Assembly (NCBI RefSeq): GCF_009914755.1
Contig: NC_060931.1
Direction: 5' to 3' (one strand)
From: the human T2T-CHM13v2.0 reference genome, Homo sapiens
Length of the DNA: 64,000 bases
How positions within the stretch are numbered: position 1 is the first letter of the stretch; each line of letters begins with the position of its first letter. The translations under genes were made by a program, and so were the position numbers. The notes beneath the pieces were generated by a model. It saw nothing but the letters and a program-made list of their open reading frames with translations. It made no database searches and was not told the DNA's origin. Positions 56,830 to 64,000 of the stretch are shown here, one piece after another.

Positions 56830-59570
56830 TTTTTTATTTCGACTGGTTTGCTCATTTAGTGATGTAGGTTAGTAAACTTTTAATGTTATGAATAGTATGA
56901 ACCCAACACTCAAGAATAAATTTTCTTGATTTTTAATGTTCAAAATAATAAAATACTTTAAAAGGCTCTAAAGCTACTGTTTTGAGTAAAATTCTCTCTA
57001 AATGTCTAAGTAAATTATTTCCTTCACTTGTTAGAGAAACAAGTTATTTGAATATATATATATTTTAAAATGTATATATATATATACATACTTTTTTTTT
57101 TTTTTTGAGACAGAGTCTTGCTCTGTTGCCCAGGCTGGAGTGCAGTCGTGCAATCTCAGCTCACTGCAAACTCTGCCTCCTGGGTTCAAGCATGAATATG
57201 TATTTTTAAACTACATTTAAATTTACTGGAGTGCTAAAGAACAGTACTCAATGAGAAATGTTACCATAATATTTATATTTATGCTGTATGTGAATCTGCC
57301 AAGGATAGTATTAAAAACATTTAACTACTATTATAGCCCCAGATTGACTGATTAGAATTAACATGGGTTACGAACTACTGATGTGGCCAGCTTGTTTTCA
57401 GACTTAACACTAATCATGATCTAACAGAATAAAAAATGAGAGCTAATAAATTTCCTGTACCCTCCCTACGTGACTAAAAATGAAACAGACGGGAATTACT
57501 AATCAGTCACTTACAACGTGGTTTAACTTTAACCCTTTACTTTCATTTTTAGGACTTCTTGTCTATTCCAATCTAGCTACTTTTCACAGGGGACCTAAGC
57601 CATCACATGGAATTAAAAGGGGGTCCTAGGGCAACTAAAATTTTCTGGCTTGGGCTATACCTCAGTGTTATCTAAAGGCCTTTGGACTAACTCTAGTCCC
57701 CACTATTGCATTTTCCTTTTCTATGGTGGCTATTATGCCTCCTATCCCTTCTTTGTATACAATGTCGTGGATGTTTCTGCAACCTAAAGATATAATCTTG
57801 TTGGGTAGAGTTAGTCAGTGTCTTAGGAATGTAACTTTAAAAAATTGCCATTTTTGTGATTCCTTGAGATAGGGGGACTTTGGGATTTCAGTCTAAATTT
57901 TCTAGTAAGGGCGTTTTGTCCCCAGTAATAGACATTTATGGCACTGTATAGGGGAAGGTCACCTCATGTAAATACCCTCCCCCTCTCCATTTGTTTCTTC
58001 CCTCCATGTAAAAGTTCAGCATTGTCCAATGAGTTTGAACAGTTGATTTTCTTATGCTGGGGGGCATACTATAATAATAGCCTATCCAACCCCAAACCTA
58101 ACTTTTGCCTAAAAAGAATTTGGAGTCAGAGTTTTTACCTAACACTTCTAATCCTGCAGTGCCACATAATGGAATAGAATTTTTCTCCATGGGGAGCCTT
58201 GTCAGCCCTTTGCCCAAAACCTCTCATCTTCCATTGTTTTCCCTTTTATGTCTATCAGTAATCAGGCCCCACATCCTATGTGTAAACAGAAAAACTCCAC
58301 TTTCAACAGCCAGGAGGAAGCCATCCTAATAAGACAAATCTTAGCTTCAATACTGTCCCCAACAAAGAAAGGCAGCCATTCAATTTTTACACTTTTAAGG
58401 CATCTGTTCTGCATTCAATTACATTGGCATTCAAACGAGACAGAAATTTTATGTATAAAAGTTAATCAGTCTTACTTTGTGCTTTTTTAATTCTTCACTG
58501 GGGCCATAGCAAGGAAAGCCAAAAATAGTATTAAAACATTCCCTTCATTAAAAAATCTTGCCCAAATCCAACTACTACATACTTTCTTCCAACATCTGGG
58601 GTACCCTGGGAGCCTTTTGGGCTGAGTGGGTCTAGAAATCCAGCAGGGCAAAAGGCTAGAATTTTAAGCAGGTAAGTGTAACTAAATCCTGCCGACTAGC
58701 TTCTCCAGGAACATGGGTAAAGGTCACGCTTGTATCCATGTTGCAGCACCTATCATGGTAGCCTGAACCCAAAGGAGAGAGAGAAGGAGGAGAAAGAGGA
58801 TGCCCCTTCTCTCTTGCTCTCCACCCTGGGTCACACAAAAGGGAGAAAAGGAACTAAGGAAAGCTTTGTTTCTCCCTCTTGTTCTAGATGAGCAACAGAC
58901 CATCTGCAGTCTATACTCCCCTCAAGTGTATTCTAAATTACTAAAGCTCCTTTAACCATAAAACTCTAAAAAAAAAAAAAAAAAAAAGACTTATATTCTC
59001 TTGCATAAGGGCACAGCCATCTTACAAATTGGAGACCTAGCCAGTCAAAAAACAACAATAACAAAAAAGCCCCAAGGAAAAAAGGGTAGAACAAGATCCC
59101 CATTCCCAATTAAAATAAAACAATGCCCCTTAAAAACCTAATTAAAGTCTTGGTGATCCCATAAATACGTAATAAAAAAAAAAACTTTCTAATATGCATT
59201 TTAAAAAGCTTGCAAAAAACCAAAACCAAACCTCGTAGTAACTCTAAACTGTCCTTGCTAAATCAAAAACCAAATAACGCACCCCCACCCCGCCACCTTT
59301 TTAAATAGCCTAAAAAAAGCTTTAGTAAAAACACCTACCTGTATCCCAACTCAATAAAAAAAACAGGTTTATTATTCAGGCAGCCCTTAATATTAAAAAA
59401 AAAATAGTTGCAAAAACAGGCTGTTTCCAAAAATCTAATTTTGCTCAGCCTCAATTTAAAACTTTGCAGTATGTAAATAACACTTTCCTCTGTGCCCCAA
59501 CTGAGGGGGTCTTTAAAAAAGGCACTAAGGTTCTTTTTAATTTTCTAGCAGGTAAAAAATATAAAATATC

Positions 59571-59924
<354 letters not shown>

Positions 59925-59981
59925 TCAGTTCAAACTTCAGTAAGGTACTTAAGTCCAGTCTTCTCAAAAAAAAAACTAAAG

Positions 59982-60290
59982 CAGACAGGTGCGGTGGCTC
60001 ACGCCTATAATCCCAGCACTTTGACAGGCCGAGGCGGGCGGATCACGAGGTCAGGAGTTCAAGACCAGCCTGACCAACATAGTCAAACCCTGTCTCTACT
60101 AAAATACAAAAATTAGCCTGGCATGGTGGTGTGCGCCTGTAGTCCCAGCTACTCAGGAGGCTGAGGCAGGAGAATTGCTTGAACCTGGGAGGCGGAGTTG
60201 TGGTGAGCCAAGATCACGCGACTGCACCCCAGCCTAGGCAACAGAGTGAGACTCCATCTCAAAGAAAAAAAAACAAAAAACAAAAACTAA
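59982..60290 (+). mobile_element. Alu (S-type)
   Basis: TSD aaaaactaaagca. Confidence 0.95.
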
Positions 60291-60524
60291 AGCATGAAGC
60301 AAAATAAATAAATAAATAAATAAATAAGCCTATTTCCTTCTTTCCTCTTTCCCAAAACCCTCAAAGAGCTAAAAGAATTTTAAGGCATTACAGGTTTTTG
60401 TAAATTATAAATACCTGGGTATGGTAAAATAGCTCATCCTTTGTATCACCTCATAAAAAACAAACAAACAAACAAAAATGTAAACAGCTAAAACTCACTT
60501 CCTAACTTAAAAACCTAAAACACA

Positions 60525-60852
<328 letters not shown>

Positions 60853-61308
60853 CTAAAGCACAGTCTCTATGGGAAGACTGAGGGCTAATGCCCTCAGGTA
60901 TTTAATTTCTATGTATCAAAAGAAAAAAGAAAATAGCCCTAAAAGTTTTGGCTAAGGCTCAAGCTCTGACTCAACAGCAAGTGGGCTAACCATGGAAAAT
61001 AACTTAACTGTTTACACCTCACACAGTACTGCAAAACTGTTGTCCTCTAAAAAATAGTCTCTGGCCATCACCGCCTCAAATATCAAGCTTTGCTGCTAAA
61101 AAAAATCTTCAGTAAAACAAACAAACAAACAAAAAAAAACCTTGCCCTTGCCCAAACCCAGACACTTTCTTTAAAAAAACCCTCTAAAAAAACCTAAACA
61201 TAATTGTAAACAGGTAGTGGTGCAAACTAGGAAAAAAATGGTAAAATTACTGTTTATATTCTCTGTGAAGTTTTAATTAATAAAAAAAAAATTCTTAAAA
61301 AGCATTAT

Positions 61309-61608
<300 letters not shown>

Positions 61609-61699
61609 CTATTAAAAATAAATATCCAAGCCATAAATATATTTTAAAAGGTTTCATGTTTTTCTCTTCATAAATCTTTTCTAAAAAAAGTTTCTTAAG

Positions 61700-62028
<329 letters not shown>

Positions 62029-63179
62029 CTAAATGACTTTTCTCCACTGTGCCTTGCCATTCTTGGTCCATTCATAAAAGGTCCTAAAATAATTTCTGGT
62101 GGCCCAAAACTTCTTAAAAACAAGAACACCACAAATCTCATTTAAAAAAAATTTTTCTCATAAAATCCCTAAAAACTGTATTCCTAGCCCTGTAAATAAA
62201 AACTGTATTTCTAGCCTTGTTCCTAAAGGGCTTTACCCAGAGGCCAATAATCCAGTTAAAAACTGGCAAGTAAAAAATCTTGTAACTACTAAATCTTTTT
62301 TTTTTCTGTGTGGTTATACATGTGTTGTGTGTGTAATGTCTATTTAAAAAAGCTCTAATTAAAAATAAGTGCTTAAATCAATTTTTTTAAAATGAAGGCT
62401 GTGGTACCTTTCAGTTTATGTAACTTTAATCTTTAAAAAATAAAATCAGCCTTAAAACTTATTAATAAAGTATAAATGTCTTCAAAATGTAAATAGGTAA
62501 TCAAAATTATTCTGGCCAAATATTAAATTTGCTAAATGTTTTAAGGTTGTAAACTGCTCCTTTGGCCTTTAAAAACTGTTCTATTTGCCTGCTTCACAAT
62601 GAGTAAGGCCAAAAAGCGTATATGCCCCTAACTATGCTAAAAAAAGTCAAAATTCATCTGCACCTAGAACATAACTAAAACAATTTACCAGGTTTTACAT
62701 TCAAGTTAAAAATTGCTGAAAGTTATCATTATAACATATAATTAAAACTACTAAAAAAAATTTACATGCAAGGTATGCAAAAGCAGTAAAATGTGTTTTT
62801 AGTAAAATCTTTTTTAAAAGTACGTTTTGCCTAAAAATAAAAAAAGTCTTAAAGCAAAAGCTTTAAGCAAATTGTAAAAAAAAAAGAATTGTAAAAATTA
62901 ATCTTGCAAAAAAATTCTGTATGTAAACATATCAACTAAAATTCAAAAGGATATTATATAGTTTTTCAAATTAAGCATTAAAATACAAACACAAGGTTTT
63001 ATTAAAGCACTAATCAACTCTTAGCAAAATTTGTAAAGGGTTATAAAAGGTTTATAAAACTCTCACCTCATGGTCTAATTAGTTAAAATTGAAGAAAATT
63101 GTTTATAAGGTTTCATTAAAATTGGGGTTAACATTAACAGTATGCAAAAGTAAAATTTAGCTTTCTTTCTTTTAATTAA

Positions 63180-63474
<295 letters not shown>

Positions 63475-64000
63475 AATCAAAATTTTTATGTAATAATAAG
63501 AGCTAGTAAAAGGTTTTGCTTTTTCAAATTTTAAATCATCATTTTAGCAAAACAAATAACTTACGGTAATTTAAAATTTTATTTCAGAATATCAAGTGTT
63601 TTAAACCTCCAACATCTTCAACAAACTTCACAAGATCAAATTTCAGTTTCAAAGTTGTCTTTTCTAATGTCTAGCTCTTGAGTTCTGCAAGGGGCTCCTG
63701 GGGCATCCAAAACAGAGGTTAACAAAATTATTTAACAAGTTTAGGTATATAAAATTGCCAAATTAATATCTAATCTTCTTCAGGTTATATTTTAGTAAGT
63801 ATCATTAACATATGTTCCAAAACCATATAAAATATCTAAGATTCTAATGTCTAAATGTGCACCATCAATCACAATTAAGGTTATGTTATTATAAGCCACA
63901 AAAATAACCACATTTCTTTGTCAATTGTGCTAACTGTAACCACCCTAAACATTTTGTCATTTATAAACAATTGTTATTTTAATTTTCTTCAAAAAATGGT

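Overview
Repeat-dense primate genomic DNA from a ZNF91-subfamily KRAB zinc-finger cluster. It is almost certainly human, since it carries an Alu with all five AluYa5 diagnostic changes. I see no intact protein-coding gene. Main contents: (1) a dead ZNF680-like gene on + (about 13.5-22.6 kb; matches my recollection of ZNF680P1, 7q11.21) with a motif-complete promoter and exon 1, a mutated ATG, no recognisable KRAB exons and a stop/frameshift-ridden C2H2 exon; (2) a MER4-LTR provirus remnant on - (41590-29281) with readable gag-pro-RT, into whose protease a complete MER41A provirus (30575-37658, +) has inserted; (3) a processed HNRNPC (C2 isoform) pseudogene just downstream of a solo LTR6-like LTR; (4) a 5'-truncated ERV1 internal region (57.5-64 kb) with a strong GA>AA APOBEC3-type hypermutation signature; (5) about 40 Alus plus L1, MLT, MIR and MER33 fragments. 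I found no convincing new multi-gene system. The most interesting signals are fossil molecular events: APOBEC hypermutation with an in-window control, a patchy LTR-LTR gene-conversion tract, a perfect 24-bp-stem hairpin upstream of the ZNF promoter, and a 430-bp paralogous segment captured inside an Alu. Family and gene names come from recalled consensus sequences, not database searches. Mismatch counts were made by eye and repeat boundaries are approximate.
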